Positions 1 through 10,700 of a stretch of DNA of 64,000 bases are shown here, piece after piece. A program made the position numbers and the translations under genes. Under the pieces are notes generated by a model. That model ran no database searches. It was not told the DNA's origin and saw only the letters and a program-made list of their open reading frames with translations. Position 1 is the first letter of the stretch, and each line of letters opens with the position of its first letter. Origin of the DNA: a virus; IMG/VR virus record IMGVR_UViG_3300037483_001148, positions 1 through 64,000 of that record. One strand, 5' to 3'.

Positions 1-1239
1 ACCGTTACTATCGGTGTAGGTACGTGCTTCGGCAATGACAGCTTTCACCCGGTCTTCTGCCCCTTGCTTCTCAAGGGCCAGGATACGCTGGTTAGCTGCT
101 TCAAGCTTCAACTGAAGTTCAGTAGATTCTTCTACCGTTTCAACTTCATCAGGCATATCTTCCTCACTTTCCTCAAATAAGTTTTGAAATTCTGGCTCTT
201 GAGCCATTTCATCCAAAGCGGCTAACATTTCCTCAGCCGTTTGTTTATCTACTTTGTAATACCCTTGCTGAACGGGCAGGTCAAATTCCGAAAAGTCATA
301 CTGATCGGAATCAAACCAAACAAACTCTTCATCTTTTCCTTTTTCGGTATATTCAGATAGAAGTTCATATACTGGTGCAAGGGAAGTTAGAGTAATCTCC
401 AATTTCTTCATTTTTTTAGCTGGTGGAAACTTACCGTACTTCTTTTTCTTAATAGATGTTTTTGCGGGAGTATTAGTTGTCTTTTTCGCACCAAATTTCG
501 GCTTAACATTTACAAGTTTACCAAACACCTTTTTCATCGTTAGTTTAACGGTCATATTCGCCTCTTCTTTCTCCTCTAAATCATCTGAAGATAAATAAGT
601 TTGTTTAAGATTGGATTTATAATCGGGATGAAATTCCATCGAGGCATGGCGAAACTTACCGTTCTCAATGAGGGCTACCGAATCATCTCCGGTTGGAATC
701 CCATAAGCAACTAAGAGTTCGCCGGTAGGATCAGCTATTCCCGGTTTGTCCCCCTTTTCTCGCTGGACAAACCCCCCATGCTTTTTCTCAAATAATGCAA
801 TTGCCCCATGATCGGGCAAATGCTTGGGATCAAGCACAACTTCAAAATCCCCAACCCCTTTATCATGATTGAGGATAAATTGATCGAGGATTAAGCCGGT
901 CATATCCAAATCACCTTGCGGGTGGGCATATAATCCGGTTCGCATCATCGGCACTCGAATAAATTTTTTACCCCCAATTTCAGTAACAGACAGGGGATGT
1001 TCCTTAAGTCTAATATGAGGACGATTGGTTACAGCACAACCCAACCAAACAGGATTCTTCATAGCTAGAGCCAACTGCATAATTTCTCCTTCCATTTTGG
1101 CATCAGATACGTTGGCATACAATGCTTTCATCATACGCATTGTATCTGGTCTTTTGGAATGACATGACCCTTTAACTAAAGAGCCATCTTCTTTCCCTAA
1201 TCAATGTTTTTTGCCTTGTTTTACGATATTATACGGCAT
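1..1239 (-). CDS. Mu gpI-like prohead protease/scaffold, partial (runs off left edge); in-frame TGA at 1203-1201; internal start with strong SD at 1080
   Basis: Hand translation: MPYNIVKQGKKH*LGKEDGSLVKGSCHSKRPDTMRMMKALYANVSDAKMEGEIMQLALAMKNPVWLGCAVTNRPHI...RTGLYAHPQG...VLDPKH...KFRHASMEFHPDY, then an acidic coiled-coil scaffold-like region. Frame is open from 1200 to 1. Not in the ORF track because there is no stop inside the window. Confidence 0.8.
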
Positions 1240-1246
1240 TAGCATA

Positions 1247-1279
1247 AAAATAGGGCCAGTCGCAAAATGGACTGACCCT
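1247..1279 (-). terminator. terminator-like hairpin in the protease leader
   Basis: AGGGTCAGTC-cattttgc-GACTGGCCCT-ATTTTT between the promoter and ATG 1239. Confidence 0.45.
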
Positions 1280-1307
1280 GTAACGAGTTCTATGTTTAGT
1301 TAATGAA

Positions 1308-1336
1308 ATTGTAGCATCTTTTGTTATATTTGTCAA
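1308..1336 (-). promoter_or_regulatory. sigma70-type promoter for the protease/capsid operon
   Basis: TTGACA-17-TACAAT on the minus strand, with TG before the -10. Confidence 0.7.
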
Positions 1337-1356
1337 TAGTTATGGCAAGTTAGCCA

Positions 1357-1385
1357 TTGACAGCTTAAGGAAAATAAGTTAAAAT
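1357..1385 (+). promoter_or_regulatory. sigma70-type promoter for ssb
   Basis: TTGACA-17-TAAAAT. Confidence 0.7.
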
Positions 1386-1404
1386 ACTATATAAAGGAAA
1401 AGAT

Positions 1405-1767
1405 ATGTTTATATCAAGTTATCACCAAATAACAGTGACAGGAAAGATAATTGAAGAACTGGAACTACGTTTTACTGAAATAGGTACACCTATTGTTCAA
1501 TTCTTCGTACCAACTAACAATGTCTATCGTACCGATGATGGGTATAGTAAGACTGAAACAACGTGGTTCAGGATCACTTTAACCAGAAAAAAAGCAGAAT
1601 CCGCTTGTAAAGTATTGAGGAAAGGGGATTACATACAGGTTGTAGGAAGACTACAACCAAAGATAAAAATAGACCATGATACAGGTAATCCAAGAGGAAC
1701 TTATGATATTATAGCCGATGAGGTTATATTTTTGCCGAGGGATAATGGACGACTTGAGCAGGATTAG
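1405..1767 (+). CDS. ssb: single-stranded DNA-binding protein (short, no acidic tail)
   Basis: OB-fold motifs ELRFT..G.P, TTWFRI, LRKGD.I.V.GRL, YDIIADEVIFL. Confidence 0.85.
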   Translation: MFISSYHQITVTGKIIEELELRFTEIGTPIVQFFVPTNNVYRTDDGYSKTETTWFRITLTRKKAESACKVLRKGDYIQVVGRLQPKIKIDHDTGNPRGTYDIIADEVIFLPRDNGRLEQD

Positions 1768-2029
1768 TTCACTTGGATGTATTGTGTGCCGATTACAATA
1801 TAATGTATTTAGTGAGGCTGAAATACACCATTTACGTGAAGGAACTGGGTTAGGGTTAAGGGATGAAAGAACAATACCTCTTTGTCCAACTCATCACAGA
1901 TCAGGTGGGCATGGGATTGCCTTTCACGCCGGTAAAAAAACGTTTGAAGAAAATTATGGTACTCAAATAGAATTGTGGGAAAAAACAAATGAATTACTTA
2001 CCCGATCCAATAACTCTATTAGCTGTTAA
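1745..2029 (+). CDS. Ref/DUF968-like HNH nuclease
   Basis: GCIVC...AEIHHLREG...IPLCPTHHR...AFHAG..TFE..YGT; ATG 1745 preferred over 1718. Confidence 0.75.
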   Translation: MDDLSRISSLGCIVCRLQYNVFSEAEIHHLREGTGLGLRDERTIPLCPTHHRSGGHGIAFHAGKKTFEENYGTQIELWEKTNELLTRSNNSISC

Positions 2030-2321
2030 AGAAGGTAAAACCTATAGACAAACAGGAAAATTGTACGGTGTTTCAGGTCAAGCCGTTTTTGATCGACTAA
2101 AAAGAGCCAACCTTATTGAAGTTGGTCATCGTAGTCATCGTAAAAATAATGGTTCTGAAGAGCTATATGCCTATCTAAAACAATGCGATTTTACTCCATC
2201 TTATAAGCAGATGATAGAAAAGATGGGGGTAGGTAAAACAGCCGTTGATAACTATTTACAAATATTGGAATCAGAAGGCAAGATAGTCCGAGTACGTAAA
2301 AGATACATCAAAGTGATGTAA
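1989..2321 (+). CDS. double HTH protein (C-terminal LexA-N-like wHTH)
   Basis: TYRQTGKLYGVSGQAV and TPSYKQMIEKMGVGKTAVDNYLQILESEGKI. Confidence 0.65.
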   Translation: MNYLPDPITLLAVKEGKTYRQTGKLYGVSGQAVFDRLKRANLIEVGHRSHRKNNGSEELYAYLKQCDFTPSYKQMIEKMGVGKTAVDNYLQILESEGKIVRVRKRYIKVM

Positions 2322-2571
2322 TTCGCGTATTTGGCGGTAAAATATCAAATACGTAAGTAATCATTACTTTGCAACGATCACATTTTCTTTCAATGTTACC
2401 ATTAAAAACTCCCTGATTAACAAACTGCTTCTTAAAGCAGGAAGGGCATGTAACTACTGCATTTAGGCTGGTTATCCTAATACGATATGATTTTACCTCT
2501 TCTACGTTTGGAATAGGTTTTTCATTTATGATTGGCGGTTCAATATAACCAGTCTTTTTTGGTCTACTCAT
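2308..2571 (-). CDS. Zn-ribbon protein
   Basis: CPSC...CDRC. Confidence 0.6.
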   Translation of the reverse strand: MSRPKKTGYIEPPIINEKPIPNVEEVKSYRIRITSLNAVVTCPSCFKKQFVNQGVFNGNIERKCDRCKVMITYVFDILPPNTRITSL

Positions 2572-3865
2572 TGTATAGCTCCATAATCTTCTTATTCATT
2601 TCCTGTTGGGTATATTCCCATTTGAATTTGTCTGATTTCACCAATCCTCGTTCAGATACTATATTACCTAAATCTCTATCCTCATAAAAATGAACAACCC
2701 CCTTTGCTACTTCTTGAGGATCAATTGTTACTAAACGCGCACCGGTATGCCAGGTATCCCATAAATCAGGGGGAAGGGGATTTAACATGTGGGCCGTAGT
2801 ACCATATAGTTCATCTCGAACATGGCAATCATGGATGGACATTAATGGAATACCCCGACTCATTGCCTCTAACTGAGGCAAACCCCAACCTTCGACCTGA
2901 CTGGTATCGGCATACATATCCATACAATCTAGCTTAGAAGTAAAATCATAGCTTTCCCACAACTGCATTCTTTTTTGGGGGGTACGGGGTTTTTTTGTTT
3001 TGCTAACTCGTTCATAAGTGCCGTTACTCCTATCATCTCCTAAATAGGGATTACCCCGTTTTTGCTGATTGTTGTCAGGTTTCCACAAAAACATTTTTCT
3101 AACCCCATACCTGTCTGCCATATCTACTAAATGATGACCCTGCATAGTCGGATTGGCCGGATCAGTGTGGCAGTAGAACTTAATTTTATCCTCATACCCC
3201 CATTGCTTAAGATAAGTGGCAGCATATATTAAAGTTGGAAATCCCTTAGTTCTTTTATTTACCCCAAACGCACCGGCTATAAAGTATTTGTCCAGACCCA
3301 CTTTGGATCGAAGAACCTTTATTTCTTCAGGAGTATGCAATGGTTGTTTCAGGTGGTCATTACCAAAATAGATATAATCAAAATCATACTCAGGAATCCA
3401 ACGTTTTACCTCTTCAACAGCCGACTTGCACCATAGGACAACCTTACCTTTGTTATCCATTATATGCTTTATGGCTGTTGCCTGGAACATTGAGAGGGGT
3501 CTACCCTCAACCGGGGGATAAGCCAAAATCTTAAATCCTTTTTGTCCACTTGCAATCAGATTTTTATTTAGCTCAATCAGATTGATAGCATATGAAAGAA
3601 GATTACCGGGATCAATCATAATCCAGACTATATCTGGCTGAATATGCTTCACAAAACGAATTGACTCTTCTTTACCCATTGGATCAATAGGACTGGAAGG
3701 CCAAAATGGATAAGGTAATTGTTTTTCGGTATCAGGTGTCCAATCAAGAATACCAAAGACAAATACTTCAAATCCAGCTTTAACAAAACCTTCGCAAACA
3801 GGGCGACTTACATTTGCAAAGCCGGTGCTTAGTTTGGGACTATCGGCTATTACGGCAATTCTCAT
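2564..3865 (-). CDS. GT-B (family 4-like) glycosyltransferase
   Basis: N-terminal DSP..STGFANV; N.RTKGFP.L; EGWGLPQLEAM.RGIP. Confidence 0.85.
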   Translation of the reverse strand: MRIAVIADSPKLSTGFANVSRPVCEGFVKAGFEVFVFGILDWTPDTEKQLPYPFWPSSPIDPMGKEESIRFVKHIQPDIVWIMIDPGNLLSYAINLIELNKNLIASGQKGFKILAYPPVEGRPLSMFQATAIKHIMDNKGKVVLWCKSAVEEVKRWIPEYDFDYIYFGNDHLKQPLHTPEEIKVLRSKVGLDKYFIAGAFGVNKRTKGFPTLIYAATYLKQWGYEDKIKFYCHTDPANPTMQGHHLVDMADRYGVRKMFLWKPDNNQQKRGNPYLGDDRSNGTYERVSKTKKPRTPQKRMQLWESYDFTSKLDCMDMYADTSQVEGWGLPQLEAMSRGIPLMSIHDCHVRDELYGTTAHMLNPLPPDLWDTWHTGARLVTIDPQEVAKGVVHFYEDRDLGNIVSERGLVKSDKFKWEYTQQEMNKKIMELYNE

Positions 3866-4326
3866 TGTAGTTCCTTTGCTATTAACTTAATTAACCACAT
3901 GTGTTTATCAGATAGATTGAAACGCTTTTGCTGAATATCTAAACTCTCTTCAAACGTGGTTTGCCCATAGGTCTCAGCCGCCGCCATCCAGTCTATTGTC
4001 ATTTCAATCAAATCAAAAATCCCCATATCCTCAACACCCTTGCCCCAATATTCAGGATGGTGGGTATTTCGGCTGAAATGAAGTTTGATTGTCTCATTTC
4101 CCTTTAGAGAATCCTTATACTCCTTAGAACCATAAGGATGTTCTCTGGCGATTTTGTTAATTTCGACAAAACCAGCAAACTCATCAAAACTTAGTTTAGA
4201 AACATCATGGATGGTAGCTCGATGTTCTAACTCAGCTATAAACAATTGTAGTCTTTTTTGAACAATTGTAATATGCCGAAGAATTGTTACCAAAGCTTTT
4301 GTTTCAAGTGAAAGTTCTATATCCAT
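3862..4326 (-). CDS. HD-like phosphohydrolase (DUF5662-like)
   Basis: H...V..HDVSK...HF.RN.HHPEYW...D..EM..DW.AA. Confidence 0.75.
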   Translation of the reverse strand: MDIELSLETKALVTILRHITIVQKRLQLFIAELEHRATIHDVSKLSFDEFAGFVEINKIAREHPYGSKEYKDSLKGNETIKLHFSRNTHHPEYWGKGVEDMGIFDLIEMTIDWMAAAETYGQTTFEESLDIQQKRFNLSDKHMWLIKLIAKELQ

Positions 4327-4880
4327 TCCAACCTCATCAACTTTTTATAGCATGCTTGTATTACTTTAGCATCCCACAAAGCATTGTGTGCTTTTCCATC
4401 TGACATTTCGGCAAAATCTTGCCGATTAACATCAGGATCAACACCCTTCATTTTGAACAGAGTTAAAATATCGTATGGGGAATGGTATATGAAATTATCA
4501 GGTAATTGTGGGTATCCTTTAGAGCGATTAGCAATCAATTCGGACAAAAGTATCCAATCATAAGATAGACAATCCGACCATACTTCTATCTCATCAAATT
4601 GAGATAACCACAACAGTAATCGCTCTCTAATCAAATTGAGATTTCCTATAATTCGCGCTGTGTCATAATCATCATATTTTTGAATCAATGATAAAATAGT
4701 TTCATTAGTCAGAATAAGATTATTTATGACATTTTCTTGTAACCACTCATCTATCTGGTTTCTATCATAGTCTGTTGATTCAGCATAAAACTCTTTACCA
4801 TTTTCAGATACAAAACCAATGCTAATAAGAGTTGTGCGTTGATGTAGCCCTGTAAATTCACTGTCAAAGAAGATTTTCAT
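4317..4880 (-). CDS. DEDDh 3'-5' exonuclease (RNase AS/DUF5051-like)
   Basis: IFFDSEFTGL...LISIG...YDW...HNALWDA. Confidence 0.85.
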   Translation of the reverse strand: MKIFFDSEFTGLHQRTTLISIGFVSENGKEFYAESTDYDRNQIDEWLQENVINNLILTNETILSLIQKYDDYDTARIIGNLNLIRERLLLWLSQFDEIEVWSDCLSYDWILLSELIANRSKGYPQLPDNFIYHSPYDILTLFKMKGVDPDVNRQDFAEMSDGKAHNALWDAKVIQACYKKLMRLEWI

Positions 4881-4881
4881 T

Positions 4882-5466
4882 TTAGCTCCCAAAATATTTA
4901 TCCACAATAACTTTTATTTTAGCCATAGCCTCTTTAGCAGAAGTATCAGGAGTGGGTTCTGTAGCTACTTCAGACACATCTTGCCACACTACAAAGAAAG
5001 AGTGATGCCCGTAAGTGTTTCCAGGCGCTTCATCCGGCAATCTAGTATTCACATTCACAATTCGATCACTTTCAACCTCTTTACCATTTACTGATTTTAC
5101 TTCAGCCCAAATGGTTTGATTAGCCCAAATGACTATATTACCATAAGCTTCATTTTCAGGCTTATCCAAAAGAATAGGTCTGCTTTCTTGGTTTGGTAGT
5201 TGCCCTTCCCAACCCCATTCTATATAGACGTTCTTATGTCTATTTCCATTTTCATCAACTACTTCCATAAAGAGGTTATGTTTACCTCCATTTTCTTGTG
5301 GAGTAAATTTACGAATACCTATAATACGAAAGCCGGATTTAGTTGATGGAATTTGTACTATTTTCGGAACTAAATTTTCAGGCAAATTTGGGGGGTAATC
5401 ATTATTTATGATGCCGTTTTTATAATCTGCTATAAACTTTTTAATATACTCTTGGTATATGGTCAT
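4882..5466 (-). CDS. beta-rich domain of the kind seen in Chloroflexi secreted/cell-envelope proteins
   Basis: NGGKHNLFMEVVDENG..W.W.G...LDKPENE..GN....SDRI...PDE.PGNT.GHHSF.VVWQ; family recognised from memory only. Confidence 0.5.
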   Translation of the reverse strand: MTIYQEYIKKFIADYKNGIINNDYPPNLPENLVPKIVQIPSTKSGFRIIGIRKFTPQENGGKHNLFMEVVDENGNRHKNVYIEWGWEGQLPNQESRPILLDKPENEAYGNIVIWANQTIWAEVKSVNGKEVESDRIVNVNTRLPDEAPGNTYGHHSFFVVWQDVSEVATEPTPDTSAKEAMAKIKVIVDKYFGS

Positions 5467-5831
5467 TATTTACTCCAAGATGGCTTTAACACAACTTGAG
5501 TTCTCTTCATTGAAAACCACGCGGGTTTCTGGTACATCATCATTTGTAGCCCCACAAATTCAATTTCATAAGGTACAGCTATAAACAGTTTGAAAGGCTC
5601 TCTCTCTAAAGCCAGATAATCAGGCCATTTACCCGTTTTCATCTTGGCTTCGATTAAAGCGTTGTCAAGCAATTTCAGTAAATCGGGTTGAGAATCAGGA
5701 ACTAATTTGGCACTATGGCGCTGCTCTAATTCTCTAATGTATTCTTTTTTACGAGGATACCCACGAATCATAACAAACTGGTCTTTATCCTGGGCTTGGT
5801 TGAGATCAATTATCTCTCTCTTCGGTTGCAT
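5466..5831 (-). CDS. hypothetical protein
   Basis: ORF translationally coupled to its neighbours. Confidence 0.6.
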   Translation of the reverse strand: MQPKREIIDLNQAQDKDQFVMIRGYPRKKEYIRELEQRHSAKLVPDSQPDLLKLLDNALIEAKMKTGKWPDYLALEREPFKLFIAVPYEIEFVGLQMMMYQKPAWFSMKRTQVVLKPSWSK

Positions 5832-7779
5832 TTTGCTCTCCTAGATACTTCATTATAATATCAAAAATTTCATCTTCATTTGCATCAAATCCCCTAAGAT
5901 AGTATTCTATTGCTAGTTTATCACTTTGTTCTTCTGTTAATAGTAACTTTAACTCATCTTCATTTAGCCATGAAGTCTCTAATTTAACTCCCTCTATATT
6001 CAAACCTAATTCAGTCATTAAAATTTTGGCAGGAGTAGTACCTACTACGGCAGCTTCTTTTTTAGCTTTATTCAAAGCTACCTGTCTTAATCCAGCATAT
6101 CCATCTAAACTACCTATTTTTTGTTTAGTCACAATAGATGTTAAAGCATCCGTTAGACCCTCTCTTTTAAGTGTAGACATTTTCTTTTGAACACCTATAC
6201 CATGAATTAGTTCATGTTTAATAGTGTGTTCGTTTAACCGTCTGATTGAGTAATAACCAATGCTTTCCCGTTCACCTTGCTCATTTGTATTCCCCCAATT
6301 TAATCCATATACTCCCCCTGATAATTTTTCCCATACAACTAATGCTCCCAATTTCATGTCATCAGCTAGATTAAACTTTTTTTGATTCATGCTTTTATCA
6401 AATTCATGAAACTGAAAATCATTTTTATCTGTTTGTACGGCTGTCATAGCAAAATCATCAGTAAAAACAACACGCTTTACTTTGGGTTTAACACCTAGTT
6501 GTTCAGTTAGATCATTTAGATGCGTTTCAAATTGTTTGATTTTTTGAGGGTCAACTTTTTGTTTTCCTACTCCGGCAAACGCAAAATCAATATCATTGCT
6601 AATTACTTCTGCTATATCAAACTTTTTTCGTTGACTATAACCACTATAGGCTGCTGCTCCGGCAGCAATTACAGTCACTCCTGCCAAAACAGCACTTCTA
6701 ATTAAAACTGATTTTTGACGTGGTGTTAGGCTATTATATTTTGTTTTAATTGCATTACCTGTTTTAGAAGCAAACCTACCCAACTCATCATGGGTAGGAT
6801 TGAATAGTCGAACAACTTCATTAGCGTTTTCTAGTTTTACTTCGGCATAACTTGTTAATCCAGCCAAAAGCTCTTCAGCTTTTTCACGATCAATATACCA
6901 AATCCCCTCTTCCTCTTGAAATCCTAATGAACCAAGTTCAGGGGTATTTTCAAATCCAATTCCTTCAGTATCAGGATTCTCTTCAAGAGCATCGGCAATA
7001 GCATAGGCAAGTTCAGCCAAACCCCGACTGAACTTAGATTCATCCAACAGTATTACTTCATTATCCCATTCCAGTTTTGCAGCCAAATCAGCAAATCCAC
7101 CACTAAACATCTCTCTGGAAATACCGGATAAGTCTTTCTCAGACAATCCGAAATTCATCTTTCGGGAAGCCATTGAGATAGACAATCCACCTATAGACTT
7201 AACTGCCCAACCATAATTGCCAGCTAATTCAGACCCGATGCCAAACGACTCTCTGATAACAGCCTTAATTGCCCCCCTTTTAGCTCCACGAATTGCCCCC
7301 TTAATTGCCCCTCTTTTGGCTCTGGCTAAAGCTGAACCCTCTTTAACTCCACTCTCCCCGCCTTTGAATACTTCACTAAATGCACCACCAATCGCGCCGG
7401 TAAATGCACCACCGGCAGCACCTTGAACGGCTGATTTTCCTAATCTTGCTCCGGTTTCCTTAGCGAAAGTTGACTTTCCTTTAGCAAACGAAGATTGACT
7501 TTTATTAGGAGTTACCCCACCACCACCTGACTTTGCAGCAAATTGGCCTTTGTTGTCATGGTAGGGATTACCTGCTAATTGAATAGATTCTCCTCGATAT
7601 TCTGCCAAAAGCTCCAATTCATCTTCAGCTAAAAACAGTGGTCCTTCTTCAGTAAAAGCCACAATCTCAGCTTCTAACTCTGGAAACTCAAATTCAAAGG
7701 TTTCACCATCTAAAACAACGATGGTATTTCCTTTTTCATCATAAACTTCACAGTCAGCTTCATTTAGTTTCAGTTTCAT
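5806..7779 (-). CDS. putative capsid-internal polyprotein: two NPxHDxxGRF modules (glycine-zipper and zincin)
   Basis: GNPYHDNKGQF followed by a GAxxGA zipper; FNPTHDELGRF followed by a hydrophobic helix and HELIH...REGLTD. Confidence 0.7.
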   Translation of the reverse strand: MKLKLNEADCEVYDEKGNTIVVLDGETFEFEFPELEAEIVAFTEEGPLFLAEDELELLAEYRGESIQLAGNPYHDNKGQFAAKSGGGGVTPNKSQSSFAKGKSTFAKETGARLGKSAVQGAAGGAFTGAIGGAFSEVFKGGESGVKEGSALARAKRGAIKGAIRGAKRGAIKAVIRESFGIGSELAGNYGWAVKSIGGLSISMASRKMNFGLSEKDLSGISREMFSGGFADLAAKLEWDNEVILLDESKFSRGLAELAYAIADALEENPDTEGIGFENTPELGSLGFQEEEGIWYIDREKAEELLAGLTSYAEVKLENANEVVRLFNPTHDELGRFASKTGNAIKTKYNSLTPRQKSVLIRSAVLAGVTVIAAGAAAYSGYSQRKKFDIAEVISNDIDFAFAGVGKQKVDPQKIKQFETHLNDLTEQLGVKPKVKRVVFTDDFAMTAVQTDKNDFQFHEFDKSMNQKKFNLADDMKLGALVVWEKLSGGVYGLNWGNTNEQGERESIGYYSIRRLNEHTIKHELIHGIGVQKKMSTLKREGLTDALTSIVTKQKIGSLDGYAGLRQVALNKAKKEAAVVGTTPAKILMTELGLNIEGVKLETSWLNEDELKLLLTEEQSDKLAIEYYLRGFDANEDEIFDIIMKYLGEQNATEERDN

Positions 7780-10700
7780 TAAATTCTTCCTCGCTAAACG
7801 GAATTACTTCATCAGAAAAAGTCTCGTTCTGGACTTTTCTGATTTCTTTGTAAATTTCTTTTTCTGACTTCTTGAATAATTCGATATAATCATCCTCTGA
7901 TTCAAGTCGAGTGGGCATTGATCCGAGCAACCATTCAATATCTGCATCAGAACCTTTGTTGAACTTACTTGAGCCGGTGTAAGCCTGGTAAGCTGATACT
8001 CCTCTGGAAGTATCGTTATGGTAGTGCATCAAGCTAACAATTTGCCATGCTCTATCGTGGTTGTTATTAGCTCCCTTACGAGCCGCGTAAGCAACCGATT
8101 TCATTTGCTTATAATAGGGGCTTTTGTGGCTTGGGTATTTGGTTAAACCAAGAGAGATAAGTTCGGTTGTTCCTTCTTCCAAATCGGCTTGGGTTTGGTT
8201 TCTGAAAGCAATCCCACCCCCCTGTGACCGCTTACGCGCATGTGTGGCCTCATGTGCTACAATTCGTTGGTAGAACGGAGTATGGTCATAAGATGAAAAA
8301 GACATGCCGTAGGGAGTAACTACTAGCTTCTTATCCTTATAAACTCCCAAAGCATTGCTGGTTAAACCGGTTTTCTCTTTAACACAAGACCACTCCGAGC
8401 AATGACTAACTTCCAAACCATCAACTAAAGTCATTTTCTTTTTAACTTCCTTGATAGTCATAGCTGTTAGTTTTTTAGCTACTCCTATTTTTACCGGACG
8501 TTTGGCTTCTAAACCACCCTTAAACGCAAATCCTTGTTTTGGAGCAAACCGACCCAATTCATCGTGGGTTGAATTAAAAAGTGTAATGTTTTCAAGTTGG
8601 GTGGAATCCCCGGCCCACAATTTAATGAAGTTTGGAGCTAAATCTTTGGTTAAAAACCACTCATTCCCCCCTTTGGTAAAACCAGGTATTTCAAAGGAGG
8701 AACTAATCTTTTTAACCCGATTGTCTACACACATCATAGCAACTAATGGAACAACTGAAGCCATCAGATTGTCGTTTTCTTCTTCCAGTAATGTAGTAAC
8801 TAAATTAGCAAAAGAATATATTGATAATATTCCAGCTTCATCCAAAGCAAATCGAGTAAAGGTTTTTCTCTTTTTTTCGTTTTCAGTGATAGTAATATGG
8901 TATGGGTCTTTAGGGGCATAACGGCGTATGTAAGCCTGGGTAAATCTTTTTCCAGCATAGTCAACTAATTGGTAAGCTGCCAAAGAAGCAGCACTACCCA
9001 CAATAACCCCGCCAATGACTAAAGCAGCACTTGGAGCAGCAGCCCCAAAAACAGCCGTAGCAAAAGCCGCCGTAGCAGCAACACCTAATATACTTCCTTT
9101 AGCATAAATAGCTCCGCCAGCAGCTAATGATAAAAACATGGAAGGACCAAGACCATATGGTAAGACTGTTCCTACAACCTTCTCGAAAGTGTTATCACTG
9201 ACAGTCGATGTCGTTAGCCCTCCTGCCCCTAATGCACTTCGGGCAATTAAAGCCCCATAACTATGTTTCCTAGCTAAATACTCAGCCGGGGTTGCAATTA
9301 TTTTTTGGGTAAGAGAAGTTGATTCCCCATATAATTTGCGATATTCCTTAGCTTCTGGTAATCCTTTTTTGAACTGATAATGTGCTGTCCCACCGGCTAC
9401 AGCAGCACCAGCAATAATCCCGGCTGTAATAAGTTCGGCTTCATTTTCTTTAGCAAATTTTCCAACAGCTTTTGCTCCACGTTTTATAGCTCCACCAGCA
9501 CCAGAAGCAAACCGGCCTAAACTATCGTGAAACGGGTTGAAGAGCAAAACAGATTCCAATTCAATTCCCTCGAAATGAGCTAGGTTAAGAATTTCGTTAA
9601 TACTTTTACCATAAGTTTCAGGCGTAGAAGTAATCCACTTTACTAAATATTCATATTCATCTCTTGCCCCGGCACTATATTTTCCTATCTTAGATAAATT
9701 AAATAGTTTTTTTGCTTTCTCAGCATAAGAAGGATCATAAATTTTGTCAATATGTTCAGTTAAACCATCTAAATCCTGCCTGGTTATTTTACCCCCCATA
9801 CGTTTTTCTTTTACTCGTTTACCAACTATTGAACCAGTTATTGTTGCTAAACCTTCTTCAATAGTACCATTTCTATATTTATCCTTAGCTGCCGCAATAC
9901 GAGCATGATAAAATTCATGAGCCGCCATTTCCATACCAAATTCAGGATCATAGTCATACAGTAAAGATTCAGTAACATCTACAGAAAATTTTACTTCTTT
10001 TTTAGTTGAATTATAAGCACCTACGTTGTAAAATGGAGTAGTTTCCCCCTCACTAGCAAATATTACCTTTTTGTGGTCAAAACCACTTATTCCCATTTCA
10101 TTCAACTCATTCATAACTACAGCCGTTTTGCCAGCTAGTGTTGCTTCAGCTTCAACCTTATCTGGTTTATTATTTAATGTAGTGGGAGATATAAAATCTA
10201 TAGTTCCTTTCCATTTATTTGTTTTAGCATAAAATATTCTTTCCTCTGGACTATTTTTACTGAGATATACTGCCCCACCCGCAGCCAATAAAGCTATTCC
10301 AACTACACCAGCAATAGCTATTTCTTTTTTATGTTCTTTTACAAACTGCTTTGCTCTACTAAAACCTGATTTCCCACCAGATGAAAATCGACCTAAATTA
10401 TCATGAAATGGGTTAAAAAGTAGTATGTTTTGGTTGTATTTATAAGCAACAGCCAAAGCCATTGCCAGTTTTCTATTCTGTGACTTCGACCCGGTAAAAA
10501 AATGTTTGCGAGGTTCGACTACCTCCTCTTTTTCCAGAAGTATCTTTTTAACTTCATCTCCTGAGAAAAAGATGGGTACTTTGCCACTGGTAAATTGGTC
10601 TACCTTTTGTTGAATTTCCAGAGTAGTTTTTTCTTTTGGTTTTTCCTCTTTAGGAGCGTATTTCTGTTGAATTTGCATTTGAGCTTCTTGGGATTCAATG

